Source: Ptychomitrium polyphyllum
Taxonomy: Eukaryota
Reading direction: 5' to 3'
DNA length: 64,000 nucleotides
Assembly (NCBI GenBank): GCA_973851085.1
Contig: OZ316775.1
Coordinates: 8,866,001 to 8,930,000 of the forward strand
The position numbers and the translations under genes are program-made. The notes beneath the pieces are model-generated. The model did no database searches and was not told the origin of the DNA. It saw nothing but the letters and a program-made list of their open reading frames with translations. How positions within the stretch are numbered: position 1 is the first letter of the stretch; each line of letters begins with the position of its first letter. This document shows, piece by piece, positions 30,159-44,969 of the stretch.

Positions 30159-30460
30159 TATGGGAGATAGGGAAAGTAAATTTCAGCCTAAGACATGGGT
30201 TACATGGGTATTTTAGGTAAAAGGTAGCTCATTGGAGAAGATGAGAAGGGCACTAAAATAACCAAGATGAGAAAAGTCTTCGCCTATGGACTACCTCTTG
30301 AGTTGCCATTCTAAGAACATTCCTAAAATTATCAACAACAAAAAATTCCTCCATAAAAATTGTTGTAATCTTGACAACAAATTCAAATTTTCATCCATTT
30401 TCAAAAAATATTCTTTTAAAGGCAATGAAACAAAGCATAAGGCCTTGTAAATTTTTTTAA
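30159..30460 (+). repeat. Diverged dispersed repeat, copy 1 (probable decayed non-autonomous transposon fragment)
   Basis: Shares collinear blocks with 44970-45270: TGGGAGAT, AAGACATGGGT, TTTTAGGT, GAAAAGTCTTC, TTGCCATTCTAA, CATTCCT, TTTTCATCCAT. Boundaries approximate. Confidence 0.6.
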
Positions 30461-33021
30461 TCCTTTTAAGCATACATTCAAAGATAATGTGAGTCACTTA
30501 ATATTAAATAGTAGACATGTACAACTTTTGTTTATACATTATCATCAAATCATTTCTTTATTATGTTTTGAAAATATATAAAAGTGCTAAACAAGTGAGG
30601 AACTTAAAGGGTTAATATGCAGGATATAGGATGGGAAAGGTTGTAAGGTGACTGATTCTGATCTAGTACTACTGCAAAAAATTGGAGCTCTATATTCTTA
30701 GCATTTTCGAATCACAGATGTAATTTTCCTTCTAGATAGCTGGTCAAAATTACAGTCCTGGAAAACCTCTAGAGAAGGTTCTAACACCACAAGCATTGTT
30801 TGCCCAATATCAAAATCAGACACTGGCCAATTGGAGGTGAACACTGAACAAGCATGATTTAAATGGAGTGGACTGCTTTCTGGAATTTTCATGCACTGGC
30901 ACATTTATGCACATCTCGTACTAAGAAAATTTGCTTTTGGCATCCTGCGGTGGCCACTCTCTGTTCATACTGGATACATCTGATTACAAAGCAATGATTT
31001 ACCTGTTTATGGTCTCAACGCCATATACATGTTCCAACAACTTCATATCATTATTTAGCAATTCGGGTAAGACGACCTCTACAACAAAACTCTTGAAAGT
31101 GACTTTAAGGCAATTGAACATGGTTACTACTGTCAAAATATATATTTATCATTTGGAATAATTAATTTCAAGATACTTTTAGAACATGTTTCTGGATATC
31201 ATTTGGGTAAATCATAAATGTACAAAAACGAAATTTTAAAAGTCATTGTGTATATTCTAGATGACTCACCAATAATGGTGGTTATTTTGATTTTGCTATG
31301 CACACATAAATGTTTTCTTTTCCTTTGTAAGACTTAAGGTGATACTTAGTAGTAATATAATGATATTTTAGTAATACTTAGATTAAATTAGCAATATAGT
31401 TTAAAATTTCATAAGAATTGACTATTTAAAATTACACATTTAATAAAATTTGTTCATTATACTTGACCACTATATTGTGTTTACAATTTGGAAACATTTA
31501 GTACATAAAAATCACTTCTAATAGGCTTTCAAAAAACATTACATTTCTTCCACTAAAAAGAACTGCTATGAATGGATATTACTCATTGTCTTAGATTCCA
31601 CCCACAGCACTTAGAAATGTTACAATACATGGCAAAAAATCTTCTTTGGATTGCCTCAAATTAAACAAATAAAATCATATGATAGGATGGCGCTGAAGAG
31701 TGCGACACGTTCAAGCGAAGATGCTCAAAAATTACAAATTCAGTAAGAACAAAAAAATATCCCAAAAAGTGTTACTTGTGCACTAAATTGATCATCAGAA
31801 ATTTGTTTTAACTACACTAATAACTGTAACTAAGAGCTGAGTATGGTTATATACTTCATTATTATCCCAAATAGCTGGAGAAGCAAGTAAGGTTGGCTAG
31901 ATGTTAAATGCTACATTTAAATATGTACCAATTTGTGCGCAACGATATTTTATTCATAATCTAATCCTCAGATATACTGTTACACTGGTGTGGTCGGAAT
32001 GGCGAATGTCGAATCACAGAATAAGGAATGGATATCCTACAGTAGCCCAGACTCAAGGACATCTCTAGGAACAAACTGTTCCAATCCAAGTCAAACCATG
32101 TCGGAGAGACGACGGCGGAGGATACTTCAATAATTGATCCATCACAGCAAAAGAGTTTGCATTGAGCTCCACTTCTACTACCAAGTACGATATTTGGTAC
32201 TCTGGTTACACTCCCTTTGGACAGAAACAAGATCAAATATCGACGTCATTTGCCCATCATTCGGCACTGCAATAACTAAAGTCAGTGCATACAAATTGAA
32301 GTTTCTACATATATTGGGGAATACATCGCAGCACTACAGATTTAATGGTTAGCCCAAATTTGAACAACGTGAGAAGAAAGATGATTCCAAACTACGCAAA
32401 TCTAGCATTAATAGAATCCCTGCATTATGGTGTCTAAAGTGAAGGATTTGTAAGTTGAAACACATGAGCGATAGTACTTGATAAAACACAAGCATAAAAT
32501 TATTTATTGAAATGAAAATGTTGAAATAATACACCCACACCAAGGGGTGTACACTGAGTGAAAAATTTGGCTGCACAACCATGTAAAAAGCTGCAAAACC
32601 AAATCTCTTTGGTGCAAGGTCGCAGAGACTTCTGTTTACATGAACACCATGATCTGCACAGTTGCAATCAATGTTCAGAAGCGTATGAAACAATTACGCT
32701 TCACATTAAAATTTCACCTATCAAGCACAAGATAACACTCATTTGCAAGTCGTATAATTCCAGGGATACACTGTCATACCTGTTCGGAAGAAACAGAATA
32801 ACCAGTTGAAATTTTATAGCAGGCTAAGGCATTGAAAGGCGCTTCGAAACGAATGAAAAATTCGAGCTGGCGCGGGCTGCTTGTCACGTGCATGAGCAGT
32901 ATCAAAATTGCTTCTTTGGTCGAGACTTGAATGGTGTTCGCCCATGTTTGAATTCTTGCTCAGTATACACATTCTTTTCACTCATTGAATTCTATCAATT
33001 TTCGTCACCTCTGTGAGCACC

Positions 33022-34674
33022 TCACTGACCCAAACCAACGATGGGATTGGTAGAGTAACCCAAACCACATGCCCGTTCCACTTCCCAGCAGAGTTTGGGC
33101 CCGTAGGCAAGAGTAGTGTAAGCCTCCAACTTATCGAGTAACTCGCTTGCAGTAGGGGCAGACACCACTATGCTTCGCGCTGAATTATCAAAGAACTCCT
33201 CTTCCAGTTGCTTGTCGAAGAAAGTTAGCAATGTATCATAGAAGCCGTCCACATTGAGAAGTCCAACCTATATAATTGGAAAATAATCAATGTGCGTACA
33301 ACTACAACATGATTAAGGACGTGTGATGTTCAAATGAATTCACACCTCAGAATAACTTATGGAAACCAATGTTCTGGGGCTGGAGTCAACTAATCACCGT
33401 ACCGGCTTTTTGTGAATGCCCAGCTGATTCCAGGTAATGACTTCAACAAGCTCTTCCAGTGTACCATAACCTCCTACAGATCATAGTGAACAAAACACTC
33501 AGAAACAGTGACTCCACCCAAATTTGGAAAAACGTAGCCAAGAAAAGGATACCACGCAATTAATGTAAGTCTGCAATCGAATTTGAGACATGCTTGAAGC
33601 AGACCTGGAAGAGCAATGAAAGCATCTGCTTGGCGAGCCATCTCGGCTTTCCTCTGGTGCATATCTGAAACAGCAACAAGCTCCCCCAGAGTACTCCCGG
33701 TGAGCTGCAATCAAAATCAAGATATAAGTTACAGGTTAGAAACGAAGTGCACAATCTAGATCAAAGTTTCATTACACCTGAGCTTAAGGAAAATTGCTCA
33801 AAGCTTCCAGTGACCTACTTCAGAACACATAACACCAACCCTCTCTACACTGATGAAGATTCCACTAAGTACATAATAGTAAGTCAAACAAAATGACTAG
33901 ATCTCCAAAAAGGTCAATTAGTTGATGACACACCTGTTCACCAATTAACGCCTTCGGAATCACCCTGCATTCGCAGCAACGTGGACCATTACGGTACCGG
34001 TACAGGCATCAGTAACTAAGCAGAAATCGCAAGGAGCAAGCTGAACCAACAGACTGCGGTGATGATCACTTCTCCGACACAATCACGACGATACGACATT
34101 GACATTCACGTGTAAGTGTAGTAAAATCCTCTCTAACATTCAAAAAAACGCCTCCTGCATCATTCTAACGAAATCCAAAATACGAGGACATGCAGGCCTA
34201 CCCGACCACATGACCGCCTCCGGATTTAACTGTGTGCGCCACTTGACCCATCAGTCCAATACTCCCTCCACCATACACCAGGTCAATCTTGCGACTCACC
34301 TACGCCACCACGTTTGCAAAAGAAAACTTCACCAACTCAAGATCACCCACATTCATTGTAACCGATGATTTACGAAGCACGATCATACCAGTCTTCAATG
34401 TAGTAGCAGCCTCCAATCCAATTCAAAACTCACCACGAGATGTGATAGCTACGAAGTGAACCTTAAAAGCTAGAGCAGTTCATACCAATTCACGACCAAG
34501 GTTGAGAGCCTCATTGCTAAACACGCCCTTCTTCCCACAGCTGCTTCCACAGAAGACGCAGATCTTCTTGAACCGCTTGGAAGCACAATTCACAGACATG
34601 ATCTTTTCCTTCTTCTCTACACATGGGAGCACAACCGCGGGCGTCTCCTGCTCCATCATCTGCTTGGCACCCAT
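33022..34674 (-). CDS. LOG: LONELY GUY cytokinin riboside 5'-monophosphate phosphoribohydrolase, copy A, 6 exons
   Basis: Exons 34674-34486, 34299-34202, 33964-33934, 33704-33605, 33473-33403, 33267-33022. Motifs [74 protein letters not shown]. Confidence 0.96.
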
Positions 34675-37600
34675 GCTCCTAGCTAACAATCCACAAACAG
34701 ATCCAACACTCTTCACCTAGGCTTAACAGCTCACTGAATATTCTGGTCAACTACAACGAACCACAAGCACACAAGGTAGCCCAGCTCCCAGTGGCTCCTC
34801 ACACTGATGGTATAACTCTAGCAGCCTCCAACAGCTGAATGGCCTCTACTAAGTTTGGAATGATGCTAGCAAGTGCAACTGAGAGTCTAGCCTTCACGCA
34901 GCAAGGCACACAGACACTACAGACACTAGAGGACCTCTCTAGCTGCGAGCATGAGAATACTTGGACGCGCGCACCTTCGTCGGTGCAGGAGCCTGGTGCT
35001 ATATAGGGGATGGAGGGCGCTCGTCCAGCGGTCCGTGGAGGCGGGTGAGGCCGACCAGCGGTCTGCATGCCCAGGTTTCGAGGCATTCAAAGCTGCGGCT
35101 GTTCTATGGAGCCTGGGAAGGTCATCAGGCGTCGCTCCAGGGCTTGCTATGATGGTGTGTTTTGTGGTAACTGTAGGGTACTGTGCCGGGTTGAAAGTTA
35201 TCATTGTTTTTTTGGGCACACAGAATCACGGATGTTCCAGGTAGAGAATTGTTGAAGACGAACCCAACCAATGATAACAAATAACACTAGTAGTAAATAA
35301 CATTTTTAATAAGTCATCAGCAAAGTGGTAGCCCCCTGCATTTCCTTGGAAGTAAGCGTGACATTCTACACGAAAGTAAAGTTTGGAGTTCTATGATAGA
35401 GATTGCAGTTCCAAGTCTTTGAGGTACTGTGCATTCCTTCTTTTGCTAGATTGAACCAGCATTGTCAGTATTACATAAGTTTTCCAATGGAATTATAATG
35501 ATTCGCCAAACTATTGGATTCTTGATTTATTGGTTTTTTCTGTGAACTTAGTTTATGCTGGCAGCTGTAAGGAATTAGAGCTTCTGACTTATAATGAATT
35601 CTAATTATGGGATTATCATTTCTTTTAGTTATTTATGTTTAAAAGTTGCAAACATTGCAAGGCCTACCAAAGTTAAGTGTTTTTGTTATGGATTAGCTAG
35701 GTACAAATTTTTATTTTAAGCTCTAATTATTTGTGGATTGTTTTGTTTCATTTGCAACAAAGCAAACAACAAGAATGTGAAAAAATCAAAAAATTATTAC
35801 AAATCTTGAATTTCAGAGAACAGAGAATTTAGAAAAGGGGCTCAAAATTCTTTAAAGAGTGTAATTATACAAGCGTAATTCCTAATATACAACATGGTGT
35901 TTACTTATGTGGTCAATATTATTAATTATAATTCATAATTATAAATGCCAAGCATTAGTTAAAACATAGTTGTACAATTGTCATAGCCTATCAAGCCATT
36001 GTAGTTGTTTTAACCTATCAAATAATTTTGTAGATTAACAAAACAAGTATCTACATATCAAATATATGACTTATCAGTTAGACAAGTTGTAGATTTAATT
36101 GCACTTGAAATTCCATGTTATTAGACCATGATCTTGGAATATAAAAGTTCAATGGCAAGTCTCGTTTTCAAGCAAGTAGTTCTTTTGAATCTTTAATGGC
36201 TAAGTGGTGAGCTCATGTGAATTTGACATCATGAAACTTCTATACAATACCAAAATATTTCTTTTATTTTTCTATACAAAAACATAAAGCCAAATATGCA
36301 TAGTTAACCATTACAACTATCATTCATTTAATACAAGTGATAAGAATTAATTTACCATACAAAAAAAGATCATTATGGAAACTAAACTAATTAAAAGACA
36401 AGATTTTATTTAAAAGTACACAATCTAGTCTTATATAATGTTATTATTAATAAGAACAAACTTAAGTAAATTCACAATTATCTTTATATCTTGGTTAACA
36501 TGCAATAGACATATTAAATTGCACTCAAAATCAAGTCAAATAAACAATATTTATAACCCATTGCTCCTTTACATGTTAAAAGAAGTATTAAAAGGTATTG
36601 TGAATTTTTAATTTTTTGTTCCATGTGCTTAAATTAAGGACAAATTATGAATTTTTAACTATTATATATCTTTATGTTAAAAAATTATCGAAATCTACCT
36701 CTTATGTATAAGTTTTATTTTACCATAACTACATAATGCGGTCATTCCAAGTAATACTAAGAATCAATAAAATCAAAAGTAAAATATTCTTTATAAAAAA
36801 ATTGTAAGAAAAACATAAATAATTGGGTTCGAAAATATTTTATATCTTGAGCCAATTGATCATTTAATTTGTTTTAAGAATAAAGCCATAATCTAATTAA
36901 TCAGTTGTAATATGAATGTACCTTAATTTTACTACATATTTGCTAAACATTTGCTCAATATTTTTTCATTGGGTGATGACTCTACTCTGTGGCTACGATA
37001 TTCATGACCTAGTTTTGAAGTTTTTTTACAAATAAATATTAGTTTATAAAGAAAGACAACAAAATTGTTATGAATTTGAATTATGCTAGAAATAAAGTAC
37101 ATAGAAAGCAAACAGTGGTAGGAGATAAATCATATATGGTGAAATAAACTGGCACCATGTGTTAATATGTCATTCATTTGACCTGATATAACTTAGAAAT
37201 CTATTTTTAGTAGTAAAGTGCCATGCTTGCCTTGCTCTACAAGGGTAGTCTTTGGCTTGAGGTTTGTGGAATAAACTTTCATATAAAATTTGACCTTATT
37301 TCTCAATCAAACGAAAATATCATCAGTGATTATATGTCTTTTCTCATGTCATTTGTGTTTATGATTGGACACATATTTTAATGTTCTAAATATTTATCCA
37401 TTGGATTAACACACATTTGAATGCATGGATTTCAAAATATTCACCTACTTTTTAAAGCAAATAAAGAAACTATATAAATAAAGTTATATACTTTGCATAA
37501 AAATAGCTCTAATCTACAAGTATATTAGAAGATATTAAAGTGAAACACAACACATAAAAGAATTGCAAGAACAAATACTAGATTCATTGGCCTTTTAAAC

Positions 37601-40600
37601 CAATATCTTAGTTTCATGTAATTTAGGCAAAATAGCCCATAATTATAGAAGATCCATAGATACCACCTACTATAGGACTATATACCACCAAATTCATGTC
37701 TTTAGTAGTATAGATTTGGTAAGTGGTGGTAATACTTTGAAATTTGGTACAAATGGAGTCATAATACAGTCATAATTGGAAAGAAGACAAATTTACTTTA
37801 ACTCATGGACAAAAATATGTTGAACACAATTTTTGTGCATAGTAATTATTAAATGGAATTTGGATAAATCTACATTTATTAAGTGATGGTTAACACTAGT
37901 TGTTATTTAGAGTTTGCTCCTGATTTTTATCCTCATGTAATAACGCCCTTTGAAAAACCATATGTAATCTAAGTTACATTTAGAAAGATACACTTAAAGT
38001 TGCATTGAAGTTTCCTAAAGTGGTTGAGTATTTGTACCATGTTTGCAGTGGTAATGGAATGTCCGCCTTGTATGTTACTGTAACATGCCACAAAGGTACT
38101 GCTAACCGCTTGGGGTTGTAGAGGTTCATCTGGTATTGAATGGAACAAATGCAGATAGTAGATAGTAGATAGTAGATGAAAAGGAGACTTGCAAGGCGGT
38201 CACAATTCAGCAGCTTTCTGTTGGGTACATGAAGTTGCAAAACTGGTACAGTGATAAGAATTTGACAGTTTACCTCGCGCAGTTCATGCCTCACATGTGG
38301 AACCACGCCCCAGCTTGCACAATGCACTGGTGTCCTGCTTTGCATAAGATTGACTTTAGACACGTTAGGCAGAGGTTGGCTATGAATCCATTTCCAAGTT
38401 GGTGAATTCTAGGCACTGCACTATTTTAAGAGGTTGAAGGCACAACTGCTTTCAAGTTTATTCCTTCCACTATGTAAGTTAGGCAAATGACTCACCATTC
38501 CTGTACTGGGTAGTTGTTGACAACTCAATTCCAGAAACAAAGCAGTAAACACATTGCTCGCCAAGCACAAGTATATGCCATTTAGGTGTTGGGAGGGTGG
38601 AAAATAGCTTTCACAGGAGAATTATGATGTATTATGTATACTGCCATACACTGCCCAAGCTCGTCATTGGTGCCAAGCTTTCTAGAGGAGGCCAGAGTAT
38701 TGCTAAGGCAGAGGTCGTCTGAAATGGACACCTACCGTTCTCCCAAGAATGGTTGTGAAACAGCCCATTTTCATATGTTCTCCAACCATCCATCTTCGAA
38801 CTTGACCATAGGGTGCATGACATTGTTACATCTGTTTTGAGTGTTCCTATTTGTCCACATAAGTACCGCGCCTGCTTTTTACTTGGACAATTCTTAACTT
38901 GTTCTTGTTCATGTTAGATCAAAAATTTATGAAACCACTTGGCTGCATCTTTGTTACTAAAATTCTCTTGTGCAATTCTTGCAAATCTACAAAAATGGTG
39001 CATCTTCTTAAAGAACATGTTTGCCTTTCTACGTCAGGTGCTTCTCAAACTTTATGTTTTTTTTGCTAGTTTATGTAAGAAAATGTTTTTACCTATTTAT
39101 TTATATTTTACATGTTCTTTGTTGTAATTTAAGGAAGTCTTGTCTAATAAAATGTGATTTCATTTTTTTTGAACTTATAATTGATTCAATTATTAGGTGA
39201 AGCACATTAAGAGTAGAACACTTTGGACAACCCATAATACATTATCATAAGAAAAAATTAGCTTTGAATGGCATTAAAGTGAAATCAGTGCTTCTTACAA
39301 AATTGTAGGATATTATGTTAAATTCTGCATAACAAGCTAAAAAAATTGGATTAATCTTAGAATGAATTCCATAGTCAAGAGGTCATAGAGGATTTTATAA
39401 CAATCACCATTTTAAAATAAAACAAAATGGATTTTAATCTTCCATTCTTCTAATATTATTGTCAATTTTTTCTTTTGGATATCTTATTCATTAGGACTTG
39501 TAGAAATTTGATTGGTATTGTTGTATGAAAATCCTTAAAAGGATCCTACTTATATTCCCAAATATTAGTACAAGATCTATTGTTCAATAAAAAAGCCTTC
39601 TACGTAAAGAAAAATTCATTTTTTATACCCTTTTGAAAGCCATAAATAATACTTTAATACATGTGGGCTTCATATTATAAGCGTTAGATTTGTGTTAAAA
39701 CTTATTATCTATCTAATCTAAAATATGAATGATTTTTGAGATTTTTAAATTTGTAAGTATGTTAAAAAATTAAATTTTTTGAAAATACCTTTGAATGTCC
39801 AACACCAAGATATGTTTATAAAAATTCTATTGTATGCAATAAAAAATTTATGCAAATTTCTTGTAAGGACTTGTAGAGAGTTAATTCTATTATTTGATTT
39901 CATGATATTATGCATCAATCATGTTATTGTATTACTAGAAGAGTCTATAATCAATTTTCTATTTAATGAAAATTTGAATAATAAACAATTTTACAATAAC
40001 TGCCATATTTTCAATACTTTCAAATGTAATAGAGTAAGAAGCTTCATATATTTTGGTGTTAAAATGATAGACTTAAATCTTATGAATGTCAAAAAATAAT
40101 CTTATAATCATGTAAAAATGCAAGTAAGTCTTTTATATGAAATGGAATTTCTAAAATCATATGTTTTAGTAGGTCTAAAATTAAAATTGGAAACAAAATT
40201 AATTGTTCACTAAACTTGTTTTGTAGCTTCAATTGTATTAAACAATGTAATTTTTAAAATATTTATAAAAATGATATATTGTCATAATAAAACCAAATAT
40301 GTCTTTTAAAAAATTGTATATAACTTCAACCACATTACATTTTCCAAAAATATTTGTGATATTGTAAGCTAATCTACAATCAAAAAAAATCTATTCATTT
40401 AATGTTCTTTTTTATAAATAAAAACCCACATTTTGAAGTGAAAAATTTGAATAGTTTGTTAATTTGTTGTTTTATTACTTGACCTTCTAAAGCGTCTATC
40501 ATATAGTATCATTATTACATCAATTGTATAATATATATATTATATTTTAATATTTACTTTTTTTATGTAAAATAATTAAGCTTTTCTTATAATTGTCTTC

Positions 40601-43600
40601 TACCAAGAACTACAATAATACTTATAGCATTGATTCTTATCCTTTACTAAAAATTTTCATTTATCCTAAACTAATGTACAATTGTTTCAATTGATTATGT
40701 TTTATTCTTTACGGCAACAACAAGCATTACATTAAAAATAATTAAATAATATGTGCACTTTAAAATTAAATGAAACATTTTAATATATCTAAATTGTTGA
40801 ATTTTTCCTAAATACCAAATTCCATACACAAAATTCATGATTATATTTTATTATATGCTTTGGAACATGATTTATTTTCCTTTTTCAATTGACTAGATTT
40901 ATGAGTTCTATTTAACTTATTAAAAGCTTGCATTTATTAATGTTACAACACATTACTTAATACCCTAGTGATTAACTTAAATTTACATAAGCAATTCAAA
41001 ATACAAAAGAATATAAATTTGTTGCTTTAAAACATAACCAAATGGTTGTCCATCAGTGCATCTTGGTTGTTTTACTTATGTCTTACTTTAAGTAGATTTT
41101 TTTTAAAAAGCTTCTTAATTTTTTTCCTACATTTTCAACTTCATTTGATAATTTATTAATTCATATGATTAACTAGCATGTAACTAGTGTTAATTCTAGC
41201 CGTTTGTTGTTTTTAAGTGTAAAGACTTTGAATATAGTGAATTTCATTTCAAAGGTGTATTTAAAGTTCAAAGGTCCTGTTCCAATGTCAATTAATCCTT
41301 CCATTGCTAATAGAAAGGGGTTTCCATCCAAAATTGTAGTTTGAAGGTGAATACTTTCAAAACAAATAAGCACTTATGGCCTATAAGTGGAAAAAGGGGT
41401 CCCTAAAAACCACCTTATAAGATATTGATATTACACTCTAGAGCCTTTGTCCCCCTTAAAGCACTCACACGCAGATTCCTTCTTCTTCCAATCTTTCCAA
41501 AGTTCCAAGCCCTTGACTCTCTAAGGACTGTAAGGGCTTCTCCTTCAATTCGTAAAGAAACATCTTTTCTTTTGTTGATGGCCAAGGGAAGTCACAAGCT
41601 TTTATTGTATTTTATTGTGGCTCTTGACAGCTAATGTGGAGAAGCAGCACAAGTTTATTGTTATCACAAGAACATTAGCATTTTAGGAAGATACATTAGT
41701 CCTTGCACATGGTTTGGCGCACATAAATTCCCAGCTGCTCTTTCACCCCTCTCCGTCATTCTCCCTCTCTAGAATCCCTCCAGAGTCAAGCTCAAGGAGT
41801 AACTGGAGGTGCTCTAACCCTGTACAAGAGTATATATGTGCACTGCTTTATGTCAGTGAACAAATCCACCTCTACAGAACAAGAGATTTGGCTGCGTGAC
41901 CGTTTTTAGAACCTTCTTTTCATAAAGCGACTGAGATTCCCTCTCAGCATTAGCATGCTGCATGAAATTCCAAAACATTTCAAAAAACTAACTTAAAACA
42001 TTCTCTGGTTTTTACACCTGAGCCAGCTCTTTGAATGCTGAGTAGGGACCATATTTCCTTCATGCACAACAATGGGGCCACTTTGGCAGGTTCTCTTGGC
42101 TTCACTCCAAGTCCAACAGTATGAACTTGAATCTAAAGCGGTCCTCTACTCGTTGAATGTATCTCAGCTGGCGTTTGCTTCAACCGCAGTTTCATCAACT
42201 TGGACTTTTGCCAAGTTTAGGATGAGTGCAGCCAAGCGTAGACTGTGTCAGGACGTCAGGACATCAGAGACAGAGACAGAGATAGAGTTATCCAGTAGAA
42301 TTCGACGAGTGTAGCCACCACCGGAAGATAAAATAAAGGTTACAGATAGTCTGGAGTCTGTAGTCGAGTCTTTTGTTTCACCATGCCGAACCTGCCCACT
42401 GTGAGAACGAGTCATTGTGCAATGAAAATTCCTTTTAGTTTGAGTTCAAAACCAGGCATTAATCATATTCAAAGGGTGGAAAGGTAGTTGCTCTATGTTT
42501 CCTGAGGTCTGAAACGTGCTCTAACTTACAGACTTACTAGGTGTAGTAGTTGATCTGGTTCAGGGATTTGAGGTCCTTGGTATTTGAAAAGGATCACACT
42601 ACCTGATTGATTTCATAACCTCAAGAATGTCACTAAAGATGGTTGCCACAATGCCAGAAATTGGGGAACTCTGCAGTAATAAGAGTCCGGTAGGTGTTTA
42701 TAAGATGTATAGTGTCACATGGCATAGTATTGAATGCCAAGCATGTTGGATGGATGCAATATAATTCAATTAAGGAAAAATTGCATCCATTTGGCATAAA
42801 CTTCATGATAATTGGTCTTATTAGTGCCAAATAGGATTTGGAGGGGGTTTTAGGTGAAGAAGCTCCCTTAGATTGGCATTTTTTGTCAAGTCAAGTTTAG
42901 TCATTGTTTTTGATAAATTTTCTTCTTGTGGTTTTGTTTAAATATAATAGTTATTTAATCAATAAAACTTAGACGTTTTCTACTCATTTTTACTCTTAAA
43001 TTCTCCCTTTGTGAAACGAGAGTTGCTATTGATTCCTTCTTTGATCCTTAAAGAAATGTTTATTATGCATTTTGATGTAATTTTATTTCCTGCAAACTTG
43101 ATAATAACCATGGTACACAATTTGTTGTACATAACAATCTTCATTTCTACAACACTTAAAATATTCTTGGCCGCAAAGGCCTAGAGGTGTTATGCATGGT
43201 ACATTTGTCTTTGTAAAGAAACTTAGTTTAATTTTTACAATGAAATTCACTTCCATTCGTGGCAGAACATTGAGTAAGCTAACTTTCAAATATTCATTGT
43301 GCAAGAGAAAAAGAAATAAGAGGACCTTGTAAGGAGATCATCTGACCCGCTGGCTGATTGACACGCTGAACTAACGTTGCACAGCCACCTTATGTTCCTA
43401 CCTGAGCTCTATAAATTCCAGTTAAAGTCAGTACTTGGACTTAACACAACTCCTGAAATCATGATTTCAAAGCCAGTGCATCCTCAGATCAGTCACTGGA
43501 TGATTGCACACCGTTGACAGATGTTCTTTCACTTATGCTCGAAGTATCCTTCGCTTCGTGTCATAGATTCATAACTGATGAATGCCTTTTACCAGCCCAC

Positions 43601-44969
43601 TCCTGTAATAACTAACACATTACTGTTTTTACTGTACACACTTGCCACTCTTCCATATCCTCAACTTAATATTCACTTCCTTCAGGGTCTAGGCACAAAT
43701 GAAAATGCACTTCAATCTTGAAACTATCCCACCTAGAGGAACTAACTTGATCTTGCGTTGCTTTCAATAAGTATACAGATCTTATCACTAAATGTATATC
43801 AGAGATGTGCAAACGATTCTCCATGTTTTGGATCAGGCTGATCTGATCCCAAGCACGCACGCACTTCACAGGAGCCTGCCCTTTGATGTAGAATGGATCC
43901 TAGACTGCACCTACATGATCGCTGGTAGAAGATGGGAGCTATGGAGCAGAGTATAATCGTAATTAACTTGTCAATTCCTGTTAGTTATTTGGAAAGAGAA
44001 GCAGGTTCATGAAAGGACAATGCAATCTGTGTTAGCTTGACGGTGGAGTAGGGAGTCCCCATTCAAGGAAAATCCTAATGATATATATTTCCCACAATAT
44101 AGTTCCATTCGTTGAATTTGTAATGAAAAAGGAATTCTGCAAATGCAAATTCTCCGGAGTCTCGCCTACTCTTCACGGTCAGCATTCAAATTTCCTTTGC
44201 ACTTGATCCTCAAATTTCACAGACATAATGACATTCGCTGATAGTTGCTATTCTGGTTTTAATACTTTTATAAGGAAGTACTTCGATATCCGAGTCCTGA
44301 AGCTAATGTGAACATCATCAGGCAGCTTCCATTAGCAACTTAAAATTCTGTTATTCTGTTATTCTGTTCTCGAAGTCCTGCAAAGGAGGCTCAATGGCGT
44401 GGTTGACATTGCTAAAGGATTCACACTTGCATGAATCATTCTAGTATAGTAAGGATTTCAGAGTGTGAGAAATTAGATATTGTTAATCTCATCGTAGGCA
44501 GGCATTGAGATGGGCCCCTCTCGTAGTCATGACTCATGCATGTCTTTGAATTACATTGTTCCTTGTGCAATATTGGTGCTGAATATGTGCGAAAAGGTTA
44601 GCTACCGAGCTTGAAACTTGCCGCCATGTGGAGCGGATTGCAGGAGAGTAACGTCAATACTACTGAGTGGCGGCTCTCGAGAAGAGCACCACTTAAGCTG
44701 AATATACACCTGTTTGTATCAGATTTGCACCTGCTTGAGTTAGATTTGCATTCAGCACCTAAGCTACAGTAGGCTGATTGTCGGAGCCTGGCTGTCAGTA
44801 ATAGGGAATGGAAATCGTAGCGTGCTGCCTGGCACTGTTTCGTTTGGATCAGCCTCATCAAATTCAGATTCTCGTCAGCTCCAGGCACTTGCTTGTCATT
44901 ACAGTGTGGTTGCTCACCTAGACTTACAGCATTCTGTTTGAGGCAGTGTGGCAGCTTTACATCATGTCC

